64,000 bases of DNA from Candidatus Dojkabacteria bacterium. Lineage in GTDB: Bacteria > Patescibacteriota > Dojkabacteria > SC72. The position numbers and the translations under genes are program-made. A model generated the notes under the pieces. It was not told the DNA's origin. It did no database searches and saw only the letters and a program-made list of their open reading frames with translations. Of the stretch, positions 1-9,855 are shown in pieces; the stretch's first letter is position 1; the number at the start of each line of letters is the position of its first letter. The stretch is from the NCBI GenBank assembly GCA_040767225.1, contig JAXGOY010000002.1, positions 17,410 through 81,409 on the forward strand. Direction: 5' to 3'.

Positions 1-1587
1 TTCAACCTCTTTTTTTAATTTCAAGAGTTTATCAACATCTAAAGCAAAACCTCTTCTTTCCATTCTTGAAAGAATAATGGATATGGGAAGCTCTACTTCC
101 TTTAAAACAGCTAGCAAGTACTTTTCATGTACTTTTAGAATCCTCTCTATACTTTCCTTTGTATAATCATACAGCTCAAGCTCGTCCATCTCTTTCAGTT
201 GGGCAATATATGTATCTTCAATAGTATCAAGTACTTCTGATATATCCGTTATTGATATTTTTTCATTAAGCACTTTACTGGAATAATCAAAAGCAAGATC
301 TTTGAGAGAAACATTCCTTTTTTCTGAATGAAGTAAATGTTGTGCAAGAAGTACATCATAATAATCAGATACAGAATGAATAGATATGTATGGAGAAAGA
401 GTAGTAAGCTCTTCAAAATTATAAAACACACAACTTTTGCCATTAATAATGCCTAAAATGTCACAAGGTTCAAGTAAGATATCCTTTGTAAAGTTATCCT
501 CCCCTATCGCACGGAGAAGAATAAAAGCCTTGTTATCATATGATTCAGATTCATCAATATATACAACTCTTAACTCTCTGCTTTTACTTACTAGTTTCTT
601 TACATCATCTATACTACTCCACCTAATATTTCCATTTATTTTAGAAAACATATCTAACTGATGAGAGTTATGCAAAGATGGTACTTTCCCAAAAATCTCG
701 TCAAGTTTACTCATAAGGGATTTAAATGCATACTTCTTAAATGCAAGATCCAGTGTTCTTCTATCTAAATCTTTTAATATGCAGTCTGTTAGATGAATAT
801 TAATACCAACATCTTGTTCAATAGTTGCAAGTTTTCTACTAAACTCTGCCTGTTCAACTCCTTCTATCAAAAGAGTTTTAGTCTTTCCCTCAATCTTATC
901 TATGTTTTTATATATCTCATCTAAACTCTCAAATTTTTGAAGTAAATTAATAGCAGTTTTATCCCCTATTCCTTTAATTCCAGGTATATTATCTGATGGG
1001 TCTCCAACTAATGCTTTATAATCTACAACCTGTCTTGGATAGTATCCAAATTTCTCAAATGTTTTCTTTTCATCATATACGACAATGTTTTTAAAATTCC
1101 CATTTGGAAGACAGACATATGTTCTTTCATTTATAAGCTGAAGGAGGTCTCTATCACCACTTAATATGTACAAATCTATATTCTCCTTACTCCATTTTCC
1201 TTCGGATACATACTTTGAAATCGTTCCTAATATATCATCAGCTTCAAATCCTTCCTTCTTAATAACTGGGATATTAAATGCTTTTAATATCTCTTCTACC
1301 AATGGAAATTGATCTACCAATGATAAATCTGTAGGTTTTCTTGTTGCTTTGTAGTCTACATATATCTCATGCCTAAATGTTGGTGCATGTGTATCCATTG
1401 CACACAACACATATTTAGGTTCAAACATCTTAAATGCTTCAAGAAGCATTACTGTAAAACCATATACTGCATTTACCTGAACACCATCAGGAGTTTGAAG
1501 TGTAGATGGATATGCATGAAATGCTCTATGTACAATGGCATTAGCATCAATAGCAAGAAATGTATCTTTCTCAGACTCTTTAATCAT
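1..1587 (-). CDS. polA: DNA polymerase I, N-terminal part (5'-3' exonuclease domain to start of polymerase domain); runs off window start
   Basis: Not in ORF track. Manual translation from ATG at 1587 gives MIKESEKDTFLAIDANAIVHRAFHAYP..NAVYGF..TFRHEIYVDYKATRK..GFEADDILGT. Same frame near position 1 gives ELPISIILSRMERRGFALD (polymerase-domain entry). Confidence 0.93.
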   Translation of the reverse strand, partial: MIKESEKDTFLAIDANAIVHRAFHAYPSTLQTPDGVQVNAVYGFTVMLLEAFKMFEPKYVLCAMDTHAPTFRHEIYVDYKATRKPTDLSLVDQFPLVEEILKAFNIPVIKKEGFEADDILGTISKYVSEGKWSKENIDLYILSGDRDLLQLINERTYVCLPNGNFKNIVVYDEKKTFEKFGYYPRQVVDYKALVGDPSDNIPGIKGIGDKTAINLLQKFESLDEIYKNIDKIEGKTKTLLIEGVEQAEFSRKLATIEQDVGINIHLTDCILKDLDRRTLDLAFKKYAFKSLMSKLDEIFGKVPSLHNSHQLDMFSKINGNIRWSSIDDVKKLVSKSRELRVVYIDESESYDNKAFILLRAIGEDNFTKDILLEPCDILGIINGKSCVFYNFEELTTLSPYISIHSVSDYYDVLLAQHLLHSEKRNVSLKDLAFDYSSKVLNEKISITDISEVLDTIEDTYIAQLKEMDELELYDYTKESIERILKVHEKYLLAVLKEVELPISIILSRMERRGFALDVDKLLKLKKEVE

Positions 1588-1622
1588 CAATATATTTTAC
1601 AAAAGAAAGAGTTTAACTACAA

Positions 1623-3497
1623 TTACTCATTAAACAATGCATCAAACTCCTCTTTTGAGACAACCTCATTTTTAATAAGGAGAGCTACAAGTTTTTCAAC
1701 ATATTCTTTCTTATCAGATAATATCTTTTTAGCCTGATGATATGCAGAATCCATAATATTTTTCACTTCTGAATCAATCATTTCTGCATACTTTTCACTA
1801 AAATCCCTTCCGCCTCCATATACATAACCTAAGTGCTTTGTTTCTTCTACGTCACCATACTTTACTAAACCAAGCTTATCAGACATACCATACTGTGTCA
1901 CCATCTCCTTTGCTACAGAAGTTGCTTCTTCAATATCTGCAGATGCACCAGTAGAAATTCTCCCAATGAAAAGCTCTTCAGAAGCTCTGCCTCCTACAGC
2001 AGATGTAATATTTGCAAGAAGTTCATCTTTAAATACATGCTTTTTATCATCTTCAGGAAGATATACAGTAACACCCCCCGAAATACCTCTAGGTATAATG
2101 GAAACCTGCTCAACAGGAGTAGCATGTTCTGTAAACTTTGCAACAATAGCATGCCCTGCCTCATGATATGCAGTAACCTTGAGATCATCTTCACTACTCT
2201 GCCCCTTTCTCTTTCTACCCAATTTAACTTTAAGATATGCCTCTGTTAAATCATTTTGATTAATTTTTTTCCTCCCTTCTCTAGCAGCCATAATAGCGGC
2301 CTCATTTAAAAGATTCTCTAAATCAGCACCAGAGTATCCAATTGTTTTTCTTGCAATTAAATCTAAGTCAACACTATCTTCAAACTTCTTTCCCTTTGCA
2401 TGAACCATTATAATCTCCTTTCTTTCTTGATAATCAGGCATAGGAACAACAACAGTTCTATCAAATCTTCCAGGTCTTAAAATAGCAGGATCCAAAACAT
2501 CAGGCCTATTTGTAGCCGCAAGTACTATTACATTCTCCCTCCCCTCAAGTCCATCCATCTCTACAAGAATCTGGTTTAATGTCTGCTCACCTGCACCAGA
2601 GTGAAGAACAGTACCTCTTTTCTTTGCAACAGCATCAATCTCATCAATAAAGATAATACATGGAGCTGCTTTCCTTGCTTTATTAAACAAATCTCTTACC
2701 CTTGATGCACCAGCTCCAACAAGCATCTCTTCAAATTCAGAACCTGACGTATGAAAGAAAGGAACACCTGCCTCACCCGCAACAGCTTTAGCTAAAAGTG
2801 TCTTTCCTGTACCAGGAGCTCCTACTAACAATACTCCCTTAGGAATTCTTGCTCCAATGTCTATATACTTTTTAGGACTTTTTAAAAAATCAACAATCTC
2901 AGTAAGCTCTTCCTTTACCTCATCTATTCCAGCAACATCATCAAATGTAACTCCTGTCTTCTTCCCAAAAAGAAGCCTTGCTCTGCTTTGTCCAAAATCC
3001 ATAATCTGTCCACCAGACTTCTGCATATTTTTGATAAGCATATATGCTAAAACAAGTCCTGCAGCTAAAAGTATAAAGGAGATAATATCCCCTATTGAAA
3101 TCCCAAGCTGAGGCTGATAATAATCATTTTTTAATGCCTTAATATCTACTCCAGCATCACTTAACATTCCATAAAAATCAGTACCAACAGGAATCAAAGC
3201 ATACTTCCTCACTAAAACATCCTTTCCATCAGACTTTACACTTTGAGTAACTATAACCATATCATCTCTTAAAACAATATCTTTATACTCTCCTTCAGAA
3301 ATGTAAGATATAACCTCACTAATAGGAACCTCCTGACCTTTACTTGTAGATCCTAGAATGGCATTAATCCCTATTGTTAAAAGGAAAGACATTATTAGAA
3401 ACATTACAAAACTCATAACAGGCGACATCCTCTTCTTAGGAGTAACTCTAATAATCTTTACATTAGGCTGTTTGTTTTCTTTTTTGTTTTCTTCCAT
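1623..3497 (-). CDS. ftsH: ATP-dependent zinc metalloprotease FtsH
   Basis: Two TM helices, Walker A GAPGTGKT, Walker B IIFIDEID, SRH TNRPDVLDPAILRPGRFDR, HEAGH zinc motif. Confidence 0.97.
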   Translation of the reverse strand: MEENKKENKQPNVKIIRVTPKKRMSPVMSFVMFLIMSFLLTIGINAILGSTSKGQEVPISEVISYISEGEYKDIVLRDDMVIVTQSVKSDGKDVLVRKYALIPVGTDFYGMLSDAGVDIKALKNDYYQPQLGISIGDIISFILLAAGLVLAYMLIKNMQKSGGQIMDFGQSRARLLFGKKTGVTFDDVAGIDEVKEELTEIVDFLKSPKKYIDIGARIPKGVLLVGAPGTGKTLLAKAVAGEAGVPFFHTSGSEFEEMLVGAGASRVRDLFNKARKAAPCIIFIDEIDAVAKKRGTVLHSGAGEQTLNQILVEMDGLEGRENVIVLAATNRPDVLDPAILRPGRFDRTVVVPMPDYQERKEIIMVHAKGKKFEDSVDLDLIARKTIGYSGADLENLLNEAAIMAAREGRKKINQNDLTEAYLKVKLGRKRKGQSSEDDLKVTAYHEAGHAIVAKFTEHATPVEQVSIIPRGISGGVTVYLPEDDKKHVFKDELLANITSAVGGRASEELFIGRISTGASADIEEATSVAKEMVTQYGMSDKLGLVKYGDVEETKHLGYVYGGGRDFSEKYAEMIDSEVKNIMDSAYHQAKKILSDKKEYVEKLVALLIKNEVVSKEEFDALFNE

Positions 3498-3519
3498 ATT
3501 TATATATTTTCAAATGAAA

Positions 3520-3596
3520 TGGTAGTGGGAGGTGGGATCGAACCACCGACCTTGGGTTTATGAATCCCATGCTCTAGCCAACTGAGCTATCCCACC
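3520..3596 (-). tRNA. tRNA-Met (CAT), probably elongator
   Basis: Reverse complement GGTGGGATAGCTCAGTTGGCTAGAGCA-TGGGA-TTCATAA-ACCCA-AGGTC-GGTGG-TTCGATC-CCACC-TCCCACT-ACCA; CCA encoded. Confidence 0.9.
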
Positions 3597-3638
3597 AAAG
3601 TCATTAGCAATTATATCAGAAATTATCCTTAATTTCTC

Positions 3639-4199
3639 TTAATTTGCTTTCCCACTATACTCTCCTGTTTCAGTATTAATCTTTATTTTATCTCCCTTCT
3701 TGATAAAAAGAGGAACCTTAAGTTGATAGCCAGTTTCCACTGTAACGAGTTTAGTCGCATTATTCGCAGTATTTCCCTTAACAGCATCCTGTGCTACAGT
3801 AACCTCCAATACAACAGAAGGATTTTCTTTAATGCTTAGTATTTTACCCTCATATGTAAGCATAAGAATAGAATCACCCTCCTTTAGAAAGTTTACATAT
3901 GACCCTATTACATCTTTTGAGATATTTACAGTCTCATATGTTGAGGTATCCATAAAGTATGCAAAAGAATCATCTTTATACAAATACTGAGCTTCTTTTG
4001 TTTCAGGATTAATATACTCAACCTTTGTACCAGACTTTACAGTTTTGTTAATTATCTGCCCATTATCTAGTGCTTTGAGCTTCATAATTACAAGTCCTCC
4101 CTGTCTTCCTTGTGTTTTAAGCTTCCTATCTTCAAGAAAAAAGAATCTTCCATCTTCTTTAATATACATTCCTTTTACTGGCTGATCTGTTAATGGCAT
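3639..4199 (-). CDS. efp: Translation elongation factor P
   Basis: 186 aa; QYLY..YFMD..TYE, VKGNTAN..TK..VETG..VPLFIK.GD.I.INTETGEY C-terminal signature. Confidence 0.93.
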   Translation of the reverse strand: MPLTDQPVKGMYIKEDGRFFFLEDRKLKTQGRQGGLVIMKLKALDNGQIINKTVKSGTKVEYINPETKEAQYLYKDDSFAYFMDTSTYETVNISKDVIGSYVNFLKEGDSILMLTYEGKILSIKENPSVVLEVTVAQDAVKGNTANNATKLVTVETGYQLKVPLFIKKGDKIKINTETGEYSGKAN

Positions 4200-4306
4200 A
4201 TATTTAAGTTATTAAAATATTAATACAACGGAGCAATAATATCACAAATATTTATTTCATACCAGAAGATATGTATAATATCTGGTTAACATAAATGTAA
4301 GAAGCA

Positions 4307-4861
4307 ATGACAGAAAAGACAGAACAACAAGATCCAGTTTTTGAGATACTGTTTACCCAAGAAGAAATTGAAGAAAGGGTCTTAGGACTTGCACAAGAAA
4401 TCTCTAAAGACTATGAATTAGATAATAAAACTCCGTTACTGCTAATAGGGGTTCTTAAGGGAGCTGTACCATTTTTAACAGACCTTTCACAGCAAATTAA
4501 TCATCCAAACCTGTATATTGATTACATGGGAGTATCAAGCTATAACGGAAATACAACCTCAAACAAAGAACCTAAAATTACACTTGATACAAAAATACCA
4601 ATAAAGGATAAAAATGTAATAATTGTAGAAGATATTGTAGATACAGGATACTCTATTGCTACACTAATAAATATTCTTCAGGCAAGAAAACCTAAATCAT
4701 TAAAAGTATGTTCTCTCCTATCAAAACCAGAGAGAAGGGAAATAAAAGTACCAATTGACTATTTAGGATTTACAATCCCCAATTTATGGGTTCAAGGGTA
4801 TGGTCTTGATACAAATGAAGAAGGAAGATACTGGCCGTATATCGCTTGCAGAAAAGAATAA
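4307..4861 (+). CDS. hpt: Hypoxanthine phosphoribosyltransferase
   Basis: GVLKGAVPF, SSY, VIIVEDIVDTG PRPP-binding motif, GYGLD. Confidence 0.93.
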   Translation: MTEKTEQQDPVFEILFTQEEIEERVLGLAQEISKDYELDNKTPLLLIGVLKGAVPFLTDLSQQINHPNLYIDYMGVSSYNGNTTSNKEPKITLDTKIPIKDKNVIIVEDIVDTGYSIATLINILQARKPKSLKVCSLLSKPERREIKVPIDYLGFTIPNLWVQGYGLDTNEEGRYWPYIACRKE

Positions 4862-4864
4862 AAA

Positions 4865-4939
4865 TGGTTGCGGGGGTTGGATTCGAACCAACGTCCTTCA
4901 GGTTATGAGCCTGACGAGCTGCCACTGCTCTACCCCGCG
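4865..4939 (-). tRNA. Initiator tRNA-fMet (CAT)
   Basis: Reverse complement CGCGGGGTAGAGCAGTGGCAGCTCG-TCAGG-CTCATAA-CCTGA-AGGAC-GTTGG-TTCGAAT-CCAAC-CCCCGCA-ACCA; C1:A72 mismatch is the initiator hallmark. Confidence 0.95.
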
Positions 4940-4981
4940 ATATTAATCTAAGTGAGATTATACTCTAAAAGCAACATTACT

Positions 4982-5437
4982 TCAAACTCCCTCTAAAACA
5001 AAAGATAGCCATTCTTCAAAATTACTTCCACTTTCATAAATAGACTCTTGCGAAGAAGCTATTATCTTTTCTACTTCCTCCATTGCCATCTCTAATGTAC
5101 TATCAGGAATAACAAATACCACCTCATCTTTTCCTCCAAAATTAAGCCTGTCTCTTGCCTCTTTTTCCAAATATTTATCACTTGACATCTCTTCAATTCC
5201 AACAGAAAGATGAAGATTCTCAAGTCTTAACTCCTGAACCTCTCTTTCAGCCCTTTTAAGAATATCTACTTTCTGAACGGTAATTCTTACAGAATTTAAA
5301 ACAAAATAAAGAACGAGAGCAAATATGACAATACTGCTTACTTTAAACAGCCAATGCTCTGATATTTTTGAAAATCCTGTACCGTTTCTGCTTTCCCTCT
5401 CCCTATCTATTCTTCTTACACTAATAGTTTTTTCCAT
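4982..5437 (-). CDS. Septum formation initiator (DivIC/FtsB-like) protein
   Basis: One TM helix, coiled coil, then YLEKEARDRLNFGGKDEVVF motif. Confidence 0.75.
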   Translation of the reverse strand: MEKTISVRRIDRERESRNGTGFSKISEHWLFKVSSIVIFALVLYFVLNSVRITVQKVDILKRAEREVQELRLENLHLSVGIEEMSSDKYLEKEARDRLNFGGKDEVVFVIPDSTLEMAMEEVEKIIASSQESIYESGSNFEEWLSFVLEGV

Positions 5438-5570
5438 AACAAAATATTATCAGAATACGAAATTATAAGCAAAATAGCATAATAGTTTTTATTATTGCTA
5501 TTCTCTTTCAACTAGTGTTATAATCTCATAGTTATATACTACAATGTTTTAAATTAAAATCTTTAATAAA

Positions 5571-6458
5571 TTGGAAAAGGTATTAAATCCTCAATTTTCT
5601 AAATATCAAGAAGAGTTTATTAACGAGCTTCGTAATAAAGGAAGGTCTGAGTCAACAATCATTGCTTATGCAAAAGATATTGAACAACTATTAAACTTTT
5701 TCTCATCACGAGGTATAAATAGGTTACAGGATACTACAATTGTAGATTTAGAAGCATATAAGAAACACTTACAGGACAATAACTATACTCCAAAGAGTAT
5801 TTCTAGAAAAATAAATAGTACAAGAACTTTTTATAGATTTTTACTTGAGCGTTCTGTAGTTACTGATAACATTGCAGAGAAACTTGCACATCCTAAGTTT
5901 GAAACAAAACCTCCTAGAGTACTCTCTGAGATGGAGTATAGGGCACTGCGAGATGTAAGCAGAGGAGATATTAGACTTTATTCAATTGTAGAAGTACTTC
6001 TTCAAACAGGTATAAGAATCGGAGAGCTAGCAACTCTAACAATTGATGATATAAGGAGATCAAAAGAGGGTGTAGATTTTCTTTACATAAAGGCATCAGG
6101 TAGTCATCCTGCAAGAAAGGTTCCATTAAATAAATCTGCTAAAAAGGCAATTGATGCATACTTAGAAATAAGGCCTGAAACAGAAGATGACACTTTGTAT
6201 GTAACAAAGAATGGAAGGCCCCTGCTTGTAAGGAATATAAGAACAGCTATAGATAAAGCATTTGAGAAAGCAAGTATTAAAAATGCTAAGGTAAACGATC
6301 TTAGAAATACATTTATAGCACATCATTTAGCAAAGGGTGTAAGTCTTGTTACTGTATCAAAATTAGTAGGTCATAAAAGAATATCTACCACAGAGAAGTA
6401 CTTAGGACTTGTTACAGACAACAAGCCAGAGGCAGAGAAATTACTCAAAGAGTTATAA
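5571..6458 (+). CDS. Tyrosine recombinase, XerC/XerD-like
   Basis: SAM-like N-domain (SESTIIAY), TGIRIGEL, NDLRNTF (HxxR variant), LVGHKRISTTEKY with catalytic Tyr. Confidence 0.9.
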   Translation: MEKVLNPQFSKYQEEFINELRNKGRSESTIIAYAKDIEQLLNFFSSRGINRLQDTTIVDLEAYKKHLQDNNYTPKSISRKINSTRTFYRFLLERSVVTDNIAEKLAHPKFETKPPRVLSEMEYRALRDVSRGDIRLYSIVEVLLQTGIRIGELATLTIDDIRRSKEGVDFLYIKASGSHPARKVPLNKSAKKAIDAYLEIRPETEDDTLYVTKNGRPLLVRNIRTAIDKAFEKASIKNAKVNDLRNTFIAHHLAKGVSLVTVSKLVGHKRISTTEKYLGLVTDNKPEAEKLLKEL

Positions 6459-6494
6459 TAATCAGTATTCATTTAAAAATGCTAAACTTTCTAC

Positions 6495-6845
6495 TTACTT
6501 TTCAATAAATTCATCAAAGGTAGAACTAAGGCTCTCCTCAATCAAATTAAACCAGACATAATCTTCATATTTAGGACAAGGATTCTCTTTTATTAATTCA
6601 TTTCCTACTTTCTGATAAACAGACCACTCTGATTCTGAAATATTGCTCTTACTAAGTTTAGAATAGGGAATTTTATATTTATATTCCTCCATCTTACATA
6701 CAAGAGGAGAAATTCTCTCAAGTATAACAAAATCTGCCAAATTCGTTGCTTTCCAAAAAAAGATAAAGATAATATTTAAAAGAATAACCCAAACAACAAA
6801 AATTACCATTAAAACCCTCTGCTTATCCATAAAACTTGTAAACAA
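6495..6845 (-). CDS. Hypothetical protein with N-terminal TM helix (start may be ATG at 6830)
   Basis: ORF track; hydrophobic N-terminus, two Cys. Confidence 0.6.
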   Translation of the reverse strand: MFTSFMDKQRVLMVIFVVWVILLNIIFIFFWKATNLADFVILERISPLVCKMEEYKYKIPYSKLSKSNISESEWSVYQKVGNELIKENPCPKYEDYVWFNLIEESLSSTFDEFIEK

Positions 6846-6852
6846 ATTTAGA

Positions 6853-6928
6853 TGGTGGGAGCAGATGGAATCGAACCATCGACCACGGCTTTATAAGAAC
6901 CGCGCTCTACCGACTGAGCTATACTCCC
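6853..6928 (-). tRNA. tRNA-Ile (TAT/UAU)
   Basis: Reverse complement GGGAGTATAGCTCAGTCGGTAGAGCG-CGGTT-CTTATAA-AGCCG-TGGTC-GATGG-TTCGATT-CCATC-TGCTCCC-ACCA; anticodon TAT at 6893-6895. Confidence 0.9.
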
Positions 6929-6971
6929 TAAAACAGAATGATTTTACCAAAAAGAAGTAAATTATGCACTA

Positions 6972-9491
6972 CTAAAAATCAATAGGAGGAAAGCCTGATG
7001 GATTATTTTGTGTAGACTCATCCTCTACTCTATCTAAATCTGCTCTTCTATTTATCTCCATATTAACCAAGTTTATATCCCTCCCATACTTTAATCTAGA
7101 CATTTTAGTAATAATATCTTTAACCTCAGGATTAACTTTTAAATCAAAACCTGTTTCATTTACATATTTAGGACCATATCTTGCATCAAGAGAAAATGGA
7201 CTAGGATATGAATTATTTGTTAACATTTTTACATAGTAGTGTGCAAGCCCCTGATTTATTATATCCGTAGCCTTAACATATGTTTCAAATTGAGGTTCTA
7301 AAAACTGAGCATCCTCATTACTGCATCTTGTAATAAAGAGAGAACCTACATTCCCAAATACTGCATTTTTAATATCCTCTGGGAGCTGTCCAATATACTG
7401 ATGTGCAAGAGTAAGATTTAATCTATACTTCCTAGCCTCAGATAATATTGAAGCAAATTCCTGCGTTGCAAAGTTCTGAAACTCATCAGCATAAAAGAAG
7501 AAATCTTTTCTCTCACCCTCTGGAACATCTTCCCTGCTTAAAGCAGCTGCCAAAAGCTTTTGAACAAGCAAAAGACCTAGAAAAGACATATTCTCCTCAC
7601 CAAGAGCACCTTTAGAAAGGTTTACAATTAAAATCTTGCCTGTATCCATAACCTCTCTAAAATCAAAAGAAGATTTAGACTGCCCTATTATATTTCTAAT
7701 AGCTAAGTTAGTAGTAAATTTATCAAACTTACTAATAAAGTAACCAAGACTCTCTGATTTTGTCTTTGCATCAGTCTTAGCAACCTGGTCTGTCCAATAC
7801 CTTCTTACAAGCTCATCTTTAACAAGAGGAAGCCACTTTTCATATACCCATTTCTCATCTTGAAGCATTCTAACAACCTCTATCAGTGTAGAGCCCTGTA
7901 CACTCATTGCAGTAAGCATAGAGTTTCTCACTGCCTGTTGCATCATAGGGCCAACATACCCCTGATTATGAGGGTCAAAGAGACGTATAAGGAGATCTAT
8001 AAAACTGTTTACAATCTGGTGTTTATGCTGCTCATTATAAAATTCTAAGATGTTTAAACCAAAAGGTCTTTCAAAATCACCAGCATTAAAATATATAACA
8101 TCATCTGCTCTCTCTGGAGGAATTCTTTCAAGAATCATCTCTGCTGTTTCTCCATGGGGATCAATAAAACATACCCCATCGCCATTATATATATCCTGAA
8201 TAATCATTCTTACCATCAGCCATGACTTACCCGTACCTGTTTGCCCCAGTATATATGCATGTCTTCTTCTATCATCTCTTTGAAAGCATATAGCTTTAAC
8301 CTTACCTCTGAACACATTATTACCTACCCATATTGTATCCTTAGAATGAATATCTGAACTTATTTCATTGCTAGCAGGAAGCTCTCTCGCAAGAAGCCAA
8401 TTAATATTAGGAATAGTTACATCTTTGTTAGGAAAATGATATATAGCAGCAAGTTCTTCAACATTTAAAATACTACTAGATTCAAGTGGAGGTCTTCTAT
8501 ATATTACATCATACATAAACTCTTCCTCTTTCTTCTTCCCCTTTATCTCAACCTTCTTAAATTTATTAATCCCTGGATTGCTATACTGATCAAATGCACC
8601 AACGATATTATCTAAATGCATCTTGGCAAGTTCTTTGTCAGGAGCAGAAGTAACAATCCTAATATCTGTAATAAAACCGTTTTTACTAATCTTCTTTTGT
8701 ATTGCCTGTAACTTCTCTTCACTTACATTTATTTTCTTCTTTTCTGGATCAGAGTTATTATTTTGAATCTTTTTAACAAACCCCTCTCCATTCTTTTGCC
8801 ATTTATTATCTGACGGAGATATTACTATCTGAACTATAGCACCCTCTCCTTTAGACATCTTGCTTAAAGCACTAAGTATATTAGCCATAGGATCTCCAGT
8901 AAAATCAGAAGCAACTTTAATAGGACAGTAACTTTCCTCTGCCAACTGTAGTTTTGTATATGCAACTTCACTTCCTTTCTCAAATATGTTGTACTCTTCA
9001 ACCTTTCTAACATCAGCATCTTGATATGACCCAAGAATTTGTTTTTCTACATGCTCTGCAAACTTCTTAGGACAGTACACATAGAAATTTATAAGTCCAG
9101 GTGTCCCCACAACTTCAAAACTAATACTATTGTTTACTGTAAACTTTTCTGCAAGTCCTTTTCCTTTTCCCCCTATTCCAATAAGATTAGAAAACATTTT
9201 TTCAGCCACCCCTATCTCTGTTTCATTTCCCCTTGGTACTCTTACTTCAAAAAGAACCCAATTCTTTGCTTTTTCATTTCTATCTTTTCTTTTTAATCTA
9301 TCTTTAATTCTTAAGAATGAATATATAGCAATTGCTAATATAACAACAGCTGAAATTATCCAGCCCCATGGGATATCAACACTAGTTTTATTTACCTCCC
9401 CATATGTATCATTGGGATATTCAACTTGGTCTCCTACTGTAATATCTTCTTCGGGTATAGGCCCTACTTGAGTTAAAATATATTCTTTCAT
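6972..9491 (-). CDS. VirD4/TraG/HerA-like coupling ATPase (CPR-type type IV secretion DNA-binding domain protein)
   Basis: N-terminal TM; DDRRRHAYILGQTGTGKS (Walker A), CFIDPHG, YADEFQNF (Walker B), LSEARKYRLNLTLAHQY..QL..AVFGNVG. Confidence 0.88.
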   Translation of the reverse strand: MKEYILTQVGPIPEEDITVGDQVEYPNDTYGEVNKTSVDIPWGWIISAVVILAIAIYSFLRIKDRLKRKDRNEKAKNWVLFEVRVPRGNETEIGVAEKMFSNLIGIGGKGKGLAEKFTVNNSISFEVVGTPGLINFYVYCPKKFAEHVEKQILGSYQDADVRKVEEYNIFEKGSEVAYTKLQLAEESYCPIKVASDFTGDPMANILSALSKMSKGEGAIVQIVISPSDNKWQKNGEGFVKKIQNNNSDPEKKKINVSEEKLQAIQKKISKNGFITDIRIVTSAPDKELAKMHLDNIVGAFDQYSNPGINKFKKVEIKGKKKEEEFMYDVIYRRPPLESSSILNVEELAAIYHFPNKDVTIPNINWLLARELPASNEISSDIHSKDTIWVGNNVFRGKVKAICFQRDDRRRHAYILGQTGTGKSWLMVRMIIQDIYNGDGVCFIDPHGETAEMILERIPPERADDVIYFNAGDFERPFGLNILEFYNEQHKHQIVNSFIDLLIRLFDPHNQGYVGPMMQQAVRNSMLTAMSVQGSTLIEVVRMLQDEKWVYEKWLPLVKDELVRRYWTDQVAKTDAKTKSESLGYFISKFDKFTTNLAIRNIIGQSKSSFDFREVMDTGKILIVNLSKGALGEENMSFLGLLLVQKLLAAALSREDVPEGERKDFFFYADEFQNFATQEFASILSEARKYRLNLTLAHQYIGQLPEDIKNAVFGNVGSLFITRCSNEDAQFLEPQFETYVKATDIINQGLAHYYVKMLTNNSYPSPFSLDARYGPKYVNETGFDLKVNPEVKDIITKMSRLKYGRDINLVNMEINRRADLDRVEDESTQNNPSGFPPIDF

Positions 9492-9562
9492 AACAAAATG
9501 GACAGTTTAAACTGTATATATACAAGAATATCATATATGAAAGTTATAATCGAGAGAGGATA

Positions 9563-9844
9563 TTAAAGAGGCAATTCTGCACCTGACTCTTTTTCTTGGA
9601 TTACCCTATTCCACTTACCCCCTGATGTCTCAATGCCCTTCGGGGGATCTTCCTGCTGGATAGAATCATTTCTCTTATTCCCTTCAGACATATTAAAATC
9701 TCTAGGTTCTATCTTAACAATTGGAGATGTAGACACCACTTCAGAATTAACATCTTCTGGTTTAGCTATCTCAGGAGTAAGCCCAGTAGGTTGCTCTCCT
9801 TTTTCTATTAAATCAATTTGTTCAATATTAGGTTTCTCTGTCAT
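9563..9844 (-). CDS. Small acidic hypothetical protein
   Basis: ORF track; sits co-directionally between smpB and the ATPase. Confidence 0.55.
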   Translation of the reverse strand: MTEKPNIEQIDLIEKGEQPTGLTPEIAKPEDVNSEVVSTSPIVKIEPRDFNMSEGNKRNDSIQQEDPPKGIETSGGKWNRVIQEKESGAELPL

Positions 9845-9855
9845 ATCCTATAATA

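Noticed and set aside
249-1737. Short ORFs 249-443, 437-661 and 1369-1737
   Set aside because: Shadow frames over polA and the ftsH end; polA is missing from the track only because it runs off the window
5571-6928. Prophage or ICE integrated at tRNA-Ile
   Set aside because: No duplicated tRNA 3' end and no phage or cargo genes; the recombinase looks like a housekeeping Xer
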